From Octopus bimaculoides (lineage: Eukaryota), in the NCBI RefSeq assembly GCF_001194135.2, contig NC_068982.1, positions 132,418,772 through 132,480,711 on the forward strand: DNA of 61,940 nt. The letters run 5' to 3'. The notes beneath the pieces were generated by a model that made no database searches, was not told the origin of the DNA, and saw nothing but the letters and a program-made list of their open reading frames with translations. Each line of letters begins with the position of its first letter. Position 1 is the stretch's first letter. Positions 24,051 to 37,309 of the stretch are shown one piece after another. A program made the translations under genes and the position numbers.

Positions 24051-24819
24051 AGTTATCGCCAAGCCAACATCGCAGTCCCAAAATTAGGACGAAAGCTGCC
24101 GTGAATTAGCTCCAAGAAGCCATCGCCTCTAGCTAGCTATGTGACACACGAAACCTGTGTCCTTTATAACCTTCGAACAGGGGAGGTCAGCAGTGTCCCC
24201 CTGCTGGTTTGGCATCTGCAGACTAGTTTTAGGGTGTTGCCCCTTGTCAATGCAGAGCAGCCAAGCCCTAGCCAGGCGGCGCTGCTGACTATCTGTTCGA
24301 AAGTTATTTATCTAATTTCAGTGGAATCTATCCACTGGTTTTCAGAAATAGAGTTATTAATATTTCTAAGTCTCTCTAAAGGAGACTNNNNNNNNNNNNN
24401 NNNNNNNNNNNNNNNNNNNNNNNNNNNNNNNNNNNNNNNNNNNNNNNNNNNNNNNNNNNNNNNNNNNNNNNNNNNNNNNNNNNNNNNNNNNNNNNNNNNN
24501 NNNNNNGAACAGATAGTCAGCAGCGCCGCCTGGCTAGGGCTTGGCTGCTCTGCATTGACAAGGGGCAACACCCTAAAACTAGTCTGCAGATGCCAAACCA
24601 GCAGGGGGACACTGCTGACCTCCCCTGTTCGAAGGTTATAAAGGACACAGGTTTCGTGTGTCACATAGCTAGCTAGAGGCGATGGCTTCTTGGAGCTAAT
24701 TCACGGCAGCTTTCGTCCTAATTTTGGGACTGCCATGTTGGCTTGGCGATAACTATTAATTTCCAGTACCGCTGTCGTAGTCTCCTTTAGAGAGACTTAG
24801 AAATATTAATAACTCTATT
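24051..24819. repeat. Unclassified structured repeat: two oppositely oriented, circularly permuted copies of a ~361-bp unit
   Basis: 24051-24298 is the reverse complement of 24507-24754 (1 mismatch in 248); 24347-24387 is the reverse complement of 24779-24819; (TA)n on both flanks. Confidence 0.85.
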
Positions 24820-25217
24820 ATATATATATATATATATATATACTTGATAATATGCATTTGCAAAGATAGATACATATATGAGTGATTGTGTGTGTGTGTA
24901 AGTGTGTGTGTATGTATGTGTGTGTATGTGTGCATGTGTGTGTGCGTTGTGTGTGTTGTGTTTGCGTGAGTGAGTGTGCTTGTAAATATGGCAACTGAGA
25001 ATGACTTCTTTAGCATTGCCAAATATTGGTGCCACTAAACATGCATATATGTGTTTATTGGCAAAAACAAGAGCAATAGGAATCAAGATAAGTGCTTCAA
25101 GAGGCTGGAATTTTATGGATGGCACTTAAACTATTAAGTGTGATAAGTGCTATTTACAAACCTCTCAGTTCTTGAGTCACTTATATAGCTTTGCAGCTAT
25201 AAAGTACACATATTTAT

Positions 25218-26136
25218 ATCATCATCATCATTTAACGTCCGTTTTCCATGCTGGCATGGGTTGGAAGGTTTGACTGAGGTCTGGAGTGCTAGCAGCTGCA
25301 CCAGGCTCCAATCTGATCTGGTAAGGTTTCTGCAGCTGGATGCTCTTCCTAATGCTAACCACTCTGAGAGTGTAGTGGGTGCTTTTTACATGCCACCGAC
25401 ACAAGAGCCAATCAGGCGGGCCTGGCATCGGTCACGTTCGGATAGTGCTTTTTATGTGCCACAAGCATGGGGGCTAGTCAGGGGATACTGGCGTTGACCA
25501 TGTTTGGATGGTGCTTTTTATGTGCCACTGGCACGAGAGCCAATCAGGGGATACTGGCATTGGCCACATTTGGACAGTGCTTTTTATATGCCACCAGCAC
25601 GGGAGCCAGTCAAGGGGTACTGGCTACAGCTACGATATTGGTTTTACTTGACTCAACAGGTCTTCTCAAGCATATCATATTGCACGATGCATCAAGGGTA
25701 CTCTTAAATGGGCTGGACAAGCATGGCTGTGATCTCACTTTAGTTGCTGGGTCATCTCAATCACAGCATATCTCCAAAGGTCTCATTCTCCAGTCATTGC
25801 CTCTGTGAGGCCCAATGTTCGAAAGTCATGCTTCATCACCTCATCCCATGTCTTCCTGAGTCTACCTCTTCCACAGGTTCTTTCTACAGTTAGGGAGTGG
25901 CACTTCCTCATGTAGCGCCCCTCATTCATACATAACACATGACCATACCAGCGCAGTTGTCTCTCTTGCACACCACATTTGATGCTTCTTATGCCCAACT
26001 TTTCTTTCAGGGCGCTTACACTCTGTTGTGTATGCACACTGACGTTACACATCCAGCAGATCATACTAGCTTCATTTCTTTCAAGCCTACACATGTCCTC
26101 AACAGTCATGGCCCATGATTGACTACTGTGTAGCAT
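25218..26136 (-). mobile_element. 5'-truncated RTE-clade LINE: ORF2 C-terminus, 3' UTR and (GAT)n tail
   Basis: ORF 25783-26136 contains RLERNE, QERQLRWYGHV and GRGRLRKTWDEV; UTR with ~66-bp subrepeats; ends GGACGTTAAATGATGATGAT. Confidence 0.9.
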
Positions 26137-26899
26137 GGCAGTTCACACACATGCATCATACAGTCTGGTATTTATATAAACTTAAAGCTTATAGTCTAAA
26201 TAATAGGGCATTTAAGCCCTCCACAGAAAAAAAGTAGGCTTTCCCACACAGAAAGGAAAGCCTACCCTGTTGATGTTGTTGAAATTCCAATGAAGGAGAC
26301 TTGGATCTGGGTTAGAAACCAGCTCTTTCTCTATTGGCAAGAAATCTTGAAATGAAACTGAATAATGACATACATATATGTGCATACACACATACATGCA
26401 TAAAGGATTACATATTTATATGTGTGTATATATTTGGTTGTATATGCATAACTTATAAAGTTTATAAATGCAAATGATTCCCAAGATTAAAGAGATTGTA
26501 ATTAATCAGTGCTTATATCTGGTTTCTTAGTGTTAATGGCTGAGATTTATATTCTCCATATGAATAGGACATTGGTCAATCACAGGTAACAATCTCAGAT
26601 TATTTCAGGTAACCTTCTAAACACTATTTTGCTGAGAAGCACACTAAATCATCTCAGAATTGAACTATTGGCATATGTGCTGGTAATTTGATATGTTATC
26701 GACTGAGTCAGCCAGCCACTACACATACAGTATTATCATTGTCATCATCATCCCTATTTTTTTTTTGTTCCTAACATTCATGTTATCAAGGTGTTGCACC
26801 GGTGAATTGGCGAATCCTGTGTGTTATGAGCACATATTGTCTAAAGGGAGATAATGTTCTTTGTTGTTGAAAAACAACAGTGTTCAGATATTTATGTCC

Positions 26900-27220
26900 A
26901 AATGTTGTTGTTGCTGTTTGTTCCTTCCCAAGCCATGCCTGGCTCATGAGGGCTGGTTTCCTGGTTTCACTGGCATATAGGTTCCCCACCCAAACAGGAT
27001 GCTGGTCTGTCACAGTCAGGTGAGCTGCTAGATGCAGGAGGAAAGAGTGAGAGAAAATTATGGCAAAAGAGTCAGCAGAAGTTCGCCATTACTTTCTGCC
27101 GGAGCCATGTGGAGCCTAGGTGTTTCGCTCATCAACACACACATCACCCAGTCTGAGATTCAAACCAGTGATCCTTCAACCACAAGTCCGCTGCTCTAAC
27201 CACTAAGCCATGTGCTTCTA
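26900..27220 (-). mobile_element. SINE family C, V-type tail, diverged
   Basis: Minus strand: head TGGCTTAGTGGTTAGAGCAGCGGAC and tail GAAACCAGGAAACCAGCCCTCATGAGCC, similar to 13139-13455. Confidence 0.7.
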
Positions 27221-29442
27221 CTCTGCCAGAACATGCTGGTTTCAAATTCTGGCACAAGGCCAGTAATTTTTGTGGGGTGAGGAGGAAAGATATGTCAATT
27301 ACATCAATCCCAGTGTTCAACCAGTATGTATTTCATTGACCCCAAAAGGATGAAAAGTAAAGTCAACCATGGTAAAATTTGAACTCTGAATGTAAAGACA
27401 AACAAAATGCTATTTAGCATTTTGTCTAGCATGCGAATAATTCTGCCAGAACATATTAAGAATGAAGAGATACATTAACGTTTGGATTCTTGTTGTCCTG
27501 TGTGCACTCAATGAATGATTAAATAACATCATTATGTATTATTGTTATTGTTATTTGAAGTTCAAAAAGCCGCCTTCCTCAATATTAGCTCGCACTCAGT
27601 TGAAGGGACATGTCTGCTATTGATGTCACATAAAAAGAAAAGCACCCAGTACACTCTGTAAAGTGTTTGGTGTTAGGGAGGACATCCAACTGTAGAAACC
27701 ATGCTAAAGCAGACAGTGGAGCTTGGTGTAGTAGTCCCCCGCCTTGCCTGCTCCTGTCAAACAGTCTAACTTATGCTAGCTTGGAAAATAGACAGAAAAT
27801 GATGATGATGATGATGGTTATAAAAATGGGTTTGATAATGATATTTTATTAGTGTTTGAACTGTAAACTTAAATTATTGAATAAGTCAGAATGTGGTGCA
27901 GTGGTAAAGTTATTATCAAGAAGTTGCCAGGGGTAACTGGAACACAAAATGTTAGGAAACCCTGATATAGCATGCATATTTATACATGTTGCATGTGTGT
28001 GTGTGGTAGTGATGGTGGTGGTGGTGGGGTTAACTTTGTCCATATGATACAAAATGTGATGCTACTCCTCCTCCTGCTCTGAAATACAATGATTCATTTG
28101 AGTACTAGCAGAGATTTTGGTTTCAAACTGTGAATATTGAAATATTCTGCCAACTCAAGTGCATTTATCTCCAAGCTGTGAACAAAATAGGATCTGAGCT
28201 CAGCAGAGCAAATTAATGAAATATTTATTTATTCATTTTCATACTTCATTTTCATTTGGTAAATTGCTGAGTCATTAGAGCATCAAACAAAATTTCTTAT
28301 AGTATTTGTCCTGTTTTCTTTTCATTCTGAATTCAAATCCCATCATGGCATACCTCGGTGATAGACTTAATATGTCTCCCAATTTTAACATTGCCATCTG
28401 ATTCTTGGGTATCTTTAGGGGAATACACTTTGTTGTAAGCATTCAAGTCAGGTCTCTGGTTTGAGGATGCTTTCTAACTCACACCACAACTTTTTCTCAG
28501 AATTTTTAAAGGGTCATGGGCACTCCCTGTTCCTATTGGATAAGAAACAGAAAAGAAAAAATACTCTGGAAACATTTACTTAACTGTTTTAAGCATGTAA
28601 CTAAGTAGACAAAGTCAGCAATAGAAGAGATCATAGGAAAATTAGATTAGTATAATTCCAATATGAAGTGAAGAATCTAACATTTTCAGGCTGACCTCTT
28701 CATCAGTGAATGAGGAAATGGAAGAAAGTGATTGTTGACAGGTAAAGGAAGGAAGGATTGATGTAGATGTGAATCAAAGATGTACCACTAGCTGGCAACA
28801 AACAGTAGGAAAGGGAAACAGATACCTCTCGAGGTAAAAATAAGTTAGATGCTTATGTTTATGGGCACAATTGCAATATAATATTAGTGGCAAGTTTTGG
28901 AATGTAGTTTGATATTTTATTAGTCTTTCCCAACTGCGACACATGGAAAGCTATATTCTGACAAACAATATCATATGAAAATTTTATGATGTGAAATCTT
29001 TCGCAAGGAAATACAAGCAGTATTAAATCACAATGTCAAATACTGAGATCCAGAGAACAATAATCTAAACTACTTTCCTTAATTCATTTCTATTGTTTGG
29101 AAAATAAGAAAGCAATATATTTTTGATTAGTTATTGTAGTTCCAGCGACAGGCATGCATTTTAGTGAATCATAATCTATATGAACACACATACTAGGCAG
29201 GTAATTGTGTATGTATATATTGATTTGAATTTATTCTTATGCCCCATCGCTGTCTTTCTAAATGTGTGTCTATATAAGTGTGAGGAAGCACTGTATGTGA
29301 GAGTGCATACATATGTGTGTATGCGTGTATATGTACGCATATATATGTATTTATATAAACACACACACACACACACACACATACAAACACACACATGTAT
29401 ATACATTTATGTATGCGTGTGTGTGTGTGTGTGTGTGTGTGT

Positions 29443-29758
29443 GAAGGCAAGGAGCTCATTGGTTAGAATATTCAGCTCATAAGTTTGTAACTTTGAAAAC
29501 TAGCAGTGTGTTGTGTCCTTGAGCAAGACACTCTATTTCACATTGCTTCAGTCCACTCAGCTGGCAAAAATTAGCAGTGCTTGTAATTCAAAGGGCCAGC
29601 CTTGATATACTCTGTGTCGTCCTGAATTTCCACGAGAACAATGTTAAGGGTACACGTGTCTGTGGAGTGATTAGCCACTTCCTCGTTAATGTCATGAGCA
29701 GGCTGTTCCATTGATTGGATCAACTGAAACCCTTATTATTGTAACCAAAGAAATGCCA
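29443..29758 (+). mobile_element. SINE family F
   Basis: GTGTCCTTGAGCAAGACACT...CAAAGGGCCAGCCTTG...GAGCAGGCTGTTCC. Confidence 0.8.
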
Positions 29759-30030
29759 GTTTATATATATATATATANNNNNNNNNNNNNNNNNNNNNNN
29801 NNNNNNNNNNNNNNNNNNNNNNNNNNNNNNNNNNNNNNNNNNNNNNNNNNNNNNNNNNNNNNNNNNNNNNNNNNNNNNNNNNNNNNNNNNNNNNNNNNNN
29901 NNNNNNNNNNNNNNNNNNNNNNNNNNNNNNNNNNNNNNNNNNNNNNNNNNNNNNNNNNNNNNNNNNNNNNNNNNNNNNNNNNNNNNNNNNNNNNNNNNNN
30001 NNNNNNNNNNNNNNNNNNNNNNNNNNNNNN

Positions 30031-30075
<45 letters not shown>

Positions 30076-30439
30076 ACACACACACACACACACATATATA
30101 TAGTTATGAGAATGTATTTTTCTTAATTATAATATCATAATAATTGAGTTTTAGTTATCTTTGGGTCAAAAACGTTTAGTGCATTGGTTGGTTTTGTACC
30201 AGTGAAGTCACTGTATATATCTATAGTCACCAAGGTGGTGAGCTGGCAAAAACGTTAGCATGTCGGGTGAAATGCCTCATGGTATTTCATCTGTCTTTAC
30301 GTTCTGAGTTCAAATACCGCCGAGGTTGACTTTGCCGTTCATCCTTTCAGGGTCGATAAATTAAATACCAGTTGCATACTGGTGGGGTCAATCTAATCGA
30401 CTTGCCCCTCACTCAAAATTATATATATAGTCACCAATT

Positions 30440-31050
30440 ATTCTCAAAGGAAAAAAAGGTTGCTTCCTCTTTGCCTTGCTCGGCTTGAAGAAATTACTAC
30501 TTTGGGCATTTGAGGGAGAGACAATGACGTGGTATACCCTTGCCAGATTATTTTGTAAGTGCCTTAGAGTATAAAAGACAGTGGCTGAAAGGTGAGGGAC
30601 AACTTTGGCACAACTTTAGATTATACGACTTTCAAGGCTATTCATCAACATTCATCTTCAACATTGAAATCTCTGTTATCAAGAACCTACATCTTCAATC
30701 AATACTTCTTGAACTCATGACTCTGGTGACTATTTTACTTTGTCCAATATTTGATTATTGACCCAATTATTTTGTATCAACTCTGTACTGACATTATTGT
30801 GAACTTTATCATATTTTTCAATACATAACTTATTTGTACAGACCAGTTTGTTTTATTTGATGGTTTTGTTTGGGGACTGTTTCCTTGTCATGCAGTGACC
30901 ATCGCTAGCCACTACACGTTCTTTACTTTTTCTCCCTGTTTCTTTCTGTGGAAGAGTGTAGGCTCAAAACATTAAAGACTTTTCACTTTCCAAGCGTTAA
31001 ACTAGTACATTTGTTTGTTGTCTACACCAGTCGTGGCCTGAATTTAATAT
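30440..31050 (+). mobile_element. LTR/pLTR-like repeat containing a decayed copy of the 4685-4721 motif
   Basis: 30941-30978 and the downstream ~50 nt align to the minus strand of ~4620-4725; TATAAAA at ~30570. Boundaries are approximate. Confidence 0.45.
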
Positions 31051-31555
31051 TAGTCATTAAATGCATAAGTATATTCGTGTACACATATACATACATATGC
31101 ATTGGCCACGTTCAGATGGTGCTTTTTATGTGCCACCAACATGGAAGCCTGTCAGGGGGTACTGGCCACAGCTACGATTTTGGTTTTACTTGATTCAACA
31201 GGACTTCTCAAGCATATCATATCGCCCGCCACATCAAGGATACTCTTAAATCGGCCAAACATGCAACACTGGCATCGGTAGCAGAAACAGCTGTTAGATG
31301 GGATGCAGTCTTTTTGTAAATTATTAATAAATAATAATTGATGCAAATCAATTATTGTTAATCAATGTTATCTCCATTTTCTGTTTTCTTTTTCTTTAAA
31401 TTTTGATTTCTGATAAATTCCTGTTTATCCTTGTCTTTACCTATAATTTATGAGCATAACATTTTTGCCCATGTTTAAATATAGGTAATATACCGTAGTA
31501 TTTTGGATATTTTTATCCTTTAGTTATTCTAACCTCTAACTCAACTAACCTTCTA

Positions 31556-31591
<36 letters not shown>

Positions 31592-32032
31592 CATAATACA
31601 TATGAGTGTTGGGCCTGACAGAGGCAAAGTGGCTGAGTTCCTTTTGAGTGTTGGGCTTCACAGAGGTGAGGTGGCTGAGTTCTTTTCAAGCATTGGGCCT
31701 CATGGAGGTAATGACCAAAACCTTTGACATTATGTCATCGATTATGGCTCGAGAAGAAGACCCATCAACCCGAGCAAAATCATAGTCATGGCAGATACCC
31801 ATGTTATGCAAATGGCATCCATGCCAGTGGCACGTAAAATCACTCATTACACTCCCATAGTGGTTGGCATTAGGAAGAACATCCAGCCATAGAAAGCCAT
31901 GTCTAATCAGACTGGAGCCTGTGCAACCTTCCAGTGTGCCAGCCCAGTCAAACCATCCAACCCACGCCAGAATGGACAACAAACGTTTAATGATAAAGAT
32001 GATGATATATATATGTATACACACACACGTGA

Positions 32033-32066
<34 letters not shown>

Positions 32067-32779
32067 GCATGTGTGTGTATGTGTGCATGCATGTCTGACT
32101 TTACTAATCAAAAAAGAGAACTCAGTGTGTAAAACTCGCACATGCACCCTGCCATACTTGTCTTTATATTAGCAACAGCAAAATGAAGCAAAATAAATAA
32201 ATAAATAAATAAAATATAAACTAAACATATAACATGATATCGGCTTTCATAATTCCTATAGAGCCAAATTATAACAGCATAACACAGCAGAATTATCAGT
32301 TAGTAAATCAAAATCATTTGAAAATCTAAACCTATCGAGAAAGTCGCAGGAAGATTGTGATGAAAATTTCTGGGGAAAAGATAAGTAAAAACAAGAAAAT
32401 ACAACCATTGAGTGCTTTTAAGCTTTAATAATATGACTCTTCCAAAATATAATATTGGTTTTAACACACGATTTCCAATAAAGATTCTTTCAAGGTAAAT
32501 TAAAAACCAACACTCACACACATATACATACACATGTTTGTATGTGTATATACATATGTGTGTGTATATTTGTTGCAGCAGGGGTGATAACAGGAATGAA
32601 GACGATTTGTATTAAATTTTTTTGAGATTGATTCAATAATCAATGGATTTCTTTTTTGCTATTAAACAGCATCATGGGTTATGCATACAAATTATATAAT
32701 TCCATATGATATCAGATAGAAGTTCCACTAATCATTTATTCAGGCTGATTTATGAAAGTAATATTGAACTAGATACATG

Positions 32780-33181
32780 TATGCATGTATGTCTTTTCTA
32801 TTTTTTAATTATTATAAATCTTCCACTGAAGAGGAAGCCAGTTTCCAACAAAGATACAAAGATCCATCTTTGGAATGTAGTTAACAGACAAATTCACATT
32901 TGGAACTTGAGAAAACGCTTGCATATTTTTACTGTTCCACTTACAGATTGCACTTGTAATGTACGAATTAGCTGGTCAATATCTCTTTCTGAAAATCCTG
33001 GTTTATCAAGATTCTCCTTTAAGCATTTACTAGCAAAACCTAGTACTCCAATTATCACTGGTATGAATATGAATTCATAGTCTGGATATAGAAGGTGGAG
33101 GTTTTGAAGCAGTTGTCCATAGATATCCTCAATTTCTTTGATTTTCAAAGAGATATTTATATCTGCAGGGCAGCTGACCTC
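32780..33181 (-). pseudogene. 3' end of an RLE-type (NeSL/CRE-like) LINE
   Basis: EVSCPADINISLKIKEIEDIYGQLLQNLHLLYPDYEFIFIPVIIGVLG...GTVKICKRFLKF, followed by a short UTR. Confidence 0.8.
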
Positions 33182-33699
33182 TATGTATGTATGTATGTAT
33201 GTATGTATGTGTGTTTATGCATGTATGCATGCATATATGTGTGTATGTATATATATATATATATATAGATGTATGTAGGATACATTAAGAAAGGGTTGAA
33301 CATGAAAGGGTTAAATTTCAATATATACATACATATATACATACATACACACACACACACGCACATACATACATACATACATACATACATACATACATAC
33401 ACGCATACATATATAATTTACAATTTATAATAAAAATCCAGGGGAGCAATTACAAGGTAGCTAAATAAAGCTGGATTGAATATTATAACCAAATTGGCCC
33501 CAACTATACTAATAACAACAGTAGTAATAACAATAATAACAGTAATAGATGCAATAACAACCGTAGTTCTTATATTACTCCCACCTTTCTTAATAATCTG
33601 AATAATAACTGTTTTCATCAAAATAACTATTTTCCTCATACTCATATTCCTAACAGCAAGCAGCCGAAGGTAAATAATCAAACTACCTCATCATTCTTA

Positions 33700-35930
33700 C
33701 GCTACAATAATAAAGCAAAGTTTTTCAGTAATAATTCTCAGCATGAGTCACACACCCCTAATGAAAATATTTGGTTAATTATTCTATCTGGTAAACAAGT
33801 AAAAAAGTAACCTTCCCCTATTATTTCATCATGCAATTGAAACTTCCCTATTAATTCTAAATATCACTCAGTTTTTAATTCACACCGTATTTGAGTAGGT
33901 TTTTCCAATACCAGTAACATCTCACAAATTATATCTCCACATAATAACTGTATCCTAAGAAGTTTCAATCTCTCTCCTAATAATACTAGTAACCTGACAA
34001 TAACATTATCAATAATCTCTCCTTAAATATGTAAAAACAACACAACCAGCATTTGCAATTGTGGCCCTGGTAAGACCCGTGTCCTAAATGGAAACTGTTG
34101 AATTAAAAATACCATTTGCCAATGCAAAGTTAGTTCTGGTAACAAAGAATATTTTTATATCAGATTATCCTCAACATTTTTGAAATCCCGTCTGGCTAAC
34201 CATTTCTCTACTTTTAAATACAATTGTAAGTGGAACTCTACAGGACTCAGTAAACTAATCTGGGACCCCAAGGACTCTAACAAATCTTTTTCTTGAGAAT
34301 GGAAAATTCTTTCTAGTTCTTTTCATTATGATAAAGGGAAATCTTTCTGTCTTTTATGCACGGAAGAACATTATTTTATTCTCTCCTCTAAACATAAATT
34401 GGTAAACATATTTACAGAGAGAGTTTACAAATGTATTCATTGGAAAAAGCACTCCTTTAGTTCTTTCAAATAATATCCACCCATAACCTAATAATATTTT
34501 CTGCAAATTTTCTTTTCTTTATTCTTCCAGCTTACTTCCTATAACCTTTACTCTTTCTTCTTTACTTTTCTTTTATGCTTTTTCCTGTATACAATTCACC
34601 TGTTCCTTTTCACTCTTTCTTTTTATTTTGTTTTTTTTCCATATCTTTTATTACTATTCTCCTTCTCTCACCCAATCAAGTTAATTTCCTTAAAACCATT
34701 TTAAATTTCTAGAGCTACCTTACTAGAGTTACCTTCTAGAGTTACCTTACTGGCTTTCCGTATATGTATATATGTATATACCCATTTTTACTATTGTATG
34801 TGTGTATATTTTCAGTGTGCACAATAATGTATATATGCTTAGTAAGTGTGTGTATGAGTTTGTTACAGTATGTTTGTGTCTTTTGATGTTTTGGGATGTG
34901 TGTGCTCTTCTGTATGTGTATGAACATTTATTTATGTTTATAAGTGAGAGATCATAAACATCTATTAAAGCATATATGTGTATCTGTGTGTTTGAAATAG
35001 GAATATGTACTAGTATATGTGTAGTTATATATGCTTATGAAATTGAGAGTGAGCTTCCAAATGTATTTTTTGAATTAACACTTTTTTAGTTCTTTCAAAT
35101 AATTTCTTCCCATAGCCTAATTATAATTTCTGCAAATTTTCTTTTATATTTTCTTCCATTTTACTTCCTATAATTTCACCCCACTCCCCTTCTTTCCTTT
35201 CTTTTCATGCATCTTTTAATATTTTCAATTTGCCCAATCCTCTCCCTGCTCTCTTTCTCTTGTTTTTTACTTTGTTTTATCCTTCCTTTCTTCCCCTCCC
35301 CCTATTTTTCTATACATCTTCTCCTTCTCTTACAATATCTAGTCTGTTTCGATAGCATCACTTTAAATTCCTAGTGTCCCTTGTTCGTATGTAAGTATTT
35401 TGTGAATGAAGAATAATATATACATGCCTAAGTAAGTGTGTGTATGTTTATACAATTATGTGTTTGGGTCTATCGATGTTTTGGGATGTGTATGCTCTTG
35501 TGTATGTATATGATTGTTTGTGTATGTGTATAAGTATGTGATCATAAATGTATATTTTAGCATAAGTATATTTCTATGTCATTGCCGTGAGAATATGTAC
35601 GAGTATATGTGTAGATATATATGCGTATGTGTGTGAGTATATTTCTGCCTATATATGTATGTATTCAAATATATATGTATGTGTGTTTGTGTGTGTGTAT
35701 ATATTTATATATATTTATGTATATGTTTATATTTACATGTCACATATTTGAGTGTATGTACGCATGTGTGCATATGAATATAAATATGTTACATTTCATA
35801 AGACTTTCTATTTCTCTTAACATGTCTGTTTGATGATTTTGTTATTTATATCCTTCCTGAAGAGATCGATGCATTGCTGACCATAATTTATCCTTTTGGA
35901 GTGTATCCGTTGAAATATGTCTAGCAGACT
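33700..35930 (+). mobile_element. Decayed Penelope-like element: linker, GIY-YIG endonuclease and partially duplicated 3' end (pLTR)
   Basis: 34054-34473 is one frame: CNCGPGKTRVLNGNC*...FYIRLSSTFLKSRLANHFSTFK...NSTGLSKLIW...WKIL...CLLCTEEHYFIL. The ORF end and UTR (~34430-34990) are repeated at ~35060-35640. Confidence 0.8.
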
Positions 35931-36013
35931 TCAAGATACAAATAGTTTAACAACATTCTGAGTGTTTTTCTCCTCATTCAGTTTTCTTATATCATCATCA
36001 TCATCATCATCAT

Positions 36014-36048
<35 letters not shown>

Positions 36049-36379
36049 CATATATTTGGCTGAATGAAACAAGTTTTGTTTTTCAACATAAGCGATAAAT
36101 ATTTTATTATATATATATAGATACAATACAAAAATATGTTATTAAATAAAAAAGAAAGCTTCCACATAGTAGTTTTAGCATTAAAAATCCGGACATTACT
36201 ACATGAGAAACCACAAGAAAAAAGACAAGAATAAATGAGGAAAATTTTCATGTAAAAAGTCAAAGGGCTAATAAAAACCCCCAAAAAATGAAAAGAAAGA
36301 AAAAGACTGTAGAAGCGATAATTAAACTAGTTGTAGGATAAGTCAATGGAGTGGGATCAAAAGTCCGTGAGGCAGCTGG

Positions 36380-36760
36380 TCAATCTAGACAGGATGGTGT
36401 ACTCCAGTTTGCCAAAAGAAATTTGTCCATATACTTGCATTTTCTGAAAATGTTGGATCTGGAATGAAGTAGTGCAGTAGAAGTTTTAGATCTAAAGAGA
36501 ATGTGTAATCTTTCAGCTATGCATAAGTTGCATTTCTTGGATCCATTTACATATGGTATGAATTTCTCTTCAAGTCTCCATTTGATTGTATGTGATGTGC
36601 AGCTGCTGGCCTTCAAATACTGTACATGGCTAGCCAACTTAGTGGCTTTATTTTTGTCAATGTGCCACAGAGAAGACTGGCGATTTGTATAACATCTTTT
36701 AAAATTGCCTTCACATAAACTGATGTAGGTTTTCTTTTCGGTTACATTATCTTGAAGCAT
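36380..36760 (-). pseudogene. Penelope-like GIY-YIG endonuclease C-terminal half
   Basis: TYISLCEGNFKRCYTNRQSS...TKLASHV...IKW...PYVNGSKKCNLCIAERLHIL...KFLL. Confidence 0.85.
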
Positions 36761-37309
36761 TGTTGTAATTTCTGCCTCATAGACAAATGGCGTTTATCAT
36801 ACACACATGCACACACACACACTCACACACTGCTGCTTTCATTTTCCATTTACCTGTTCCATTCACAAGACTTTGGTCAGCTAAAAGCTACTATAGAAGT
36901 CACTTGCCCACAGTGTCATACAGTGGGACTGAACCTAGAACCATATGGCTGGGAAGCAAACTTTTCACTACACATCTATGACTGCACCTGTGCTTATCCT
37001 CACACCTGCACCTATAGATAATTTTTATAAATATATATGTGTAAAAATTTAGCACATTTTCATCCCTCTCTTTTTATTTTTTTTTCCACATATACATGCA
37101 TACATACATAATTACATCTATACATACATACACATATGCATATCTCTGTGTGTGTGTGTGCGTGTGTGTGATTTTTGATCTGATTCTATGCTGAAACAAA
37201 TATTGTTATACTCCAAGAGGGTCATACTGTCGATAAATATACACACACTGCTTGTAATTTATTTCAGTTTTAGTTACATTGTGAATTAAGTTCTAGATAA
37301 GAGCGAAAC

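Noticed and set aside
28673-28712. CTGATGA-a-g-agg(tcag)cct-GAAA-atgtt on the minus strand
   Set aside because: Possibly a decayed Penelope-type hammerhead, but stems I and III do not pair, so it cannot be supported.
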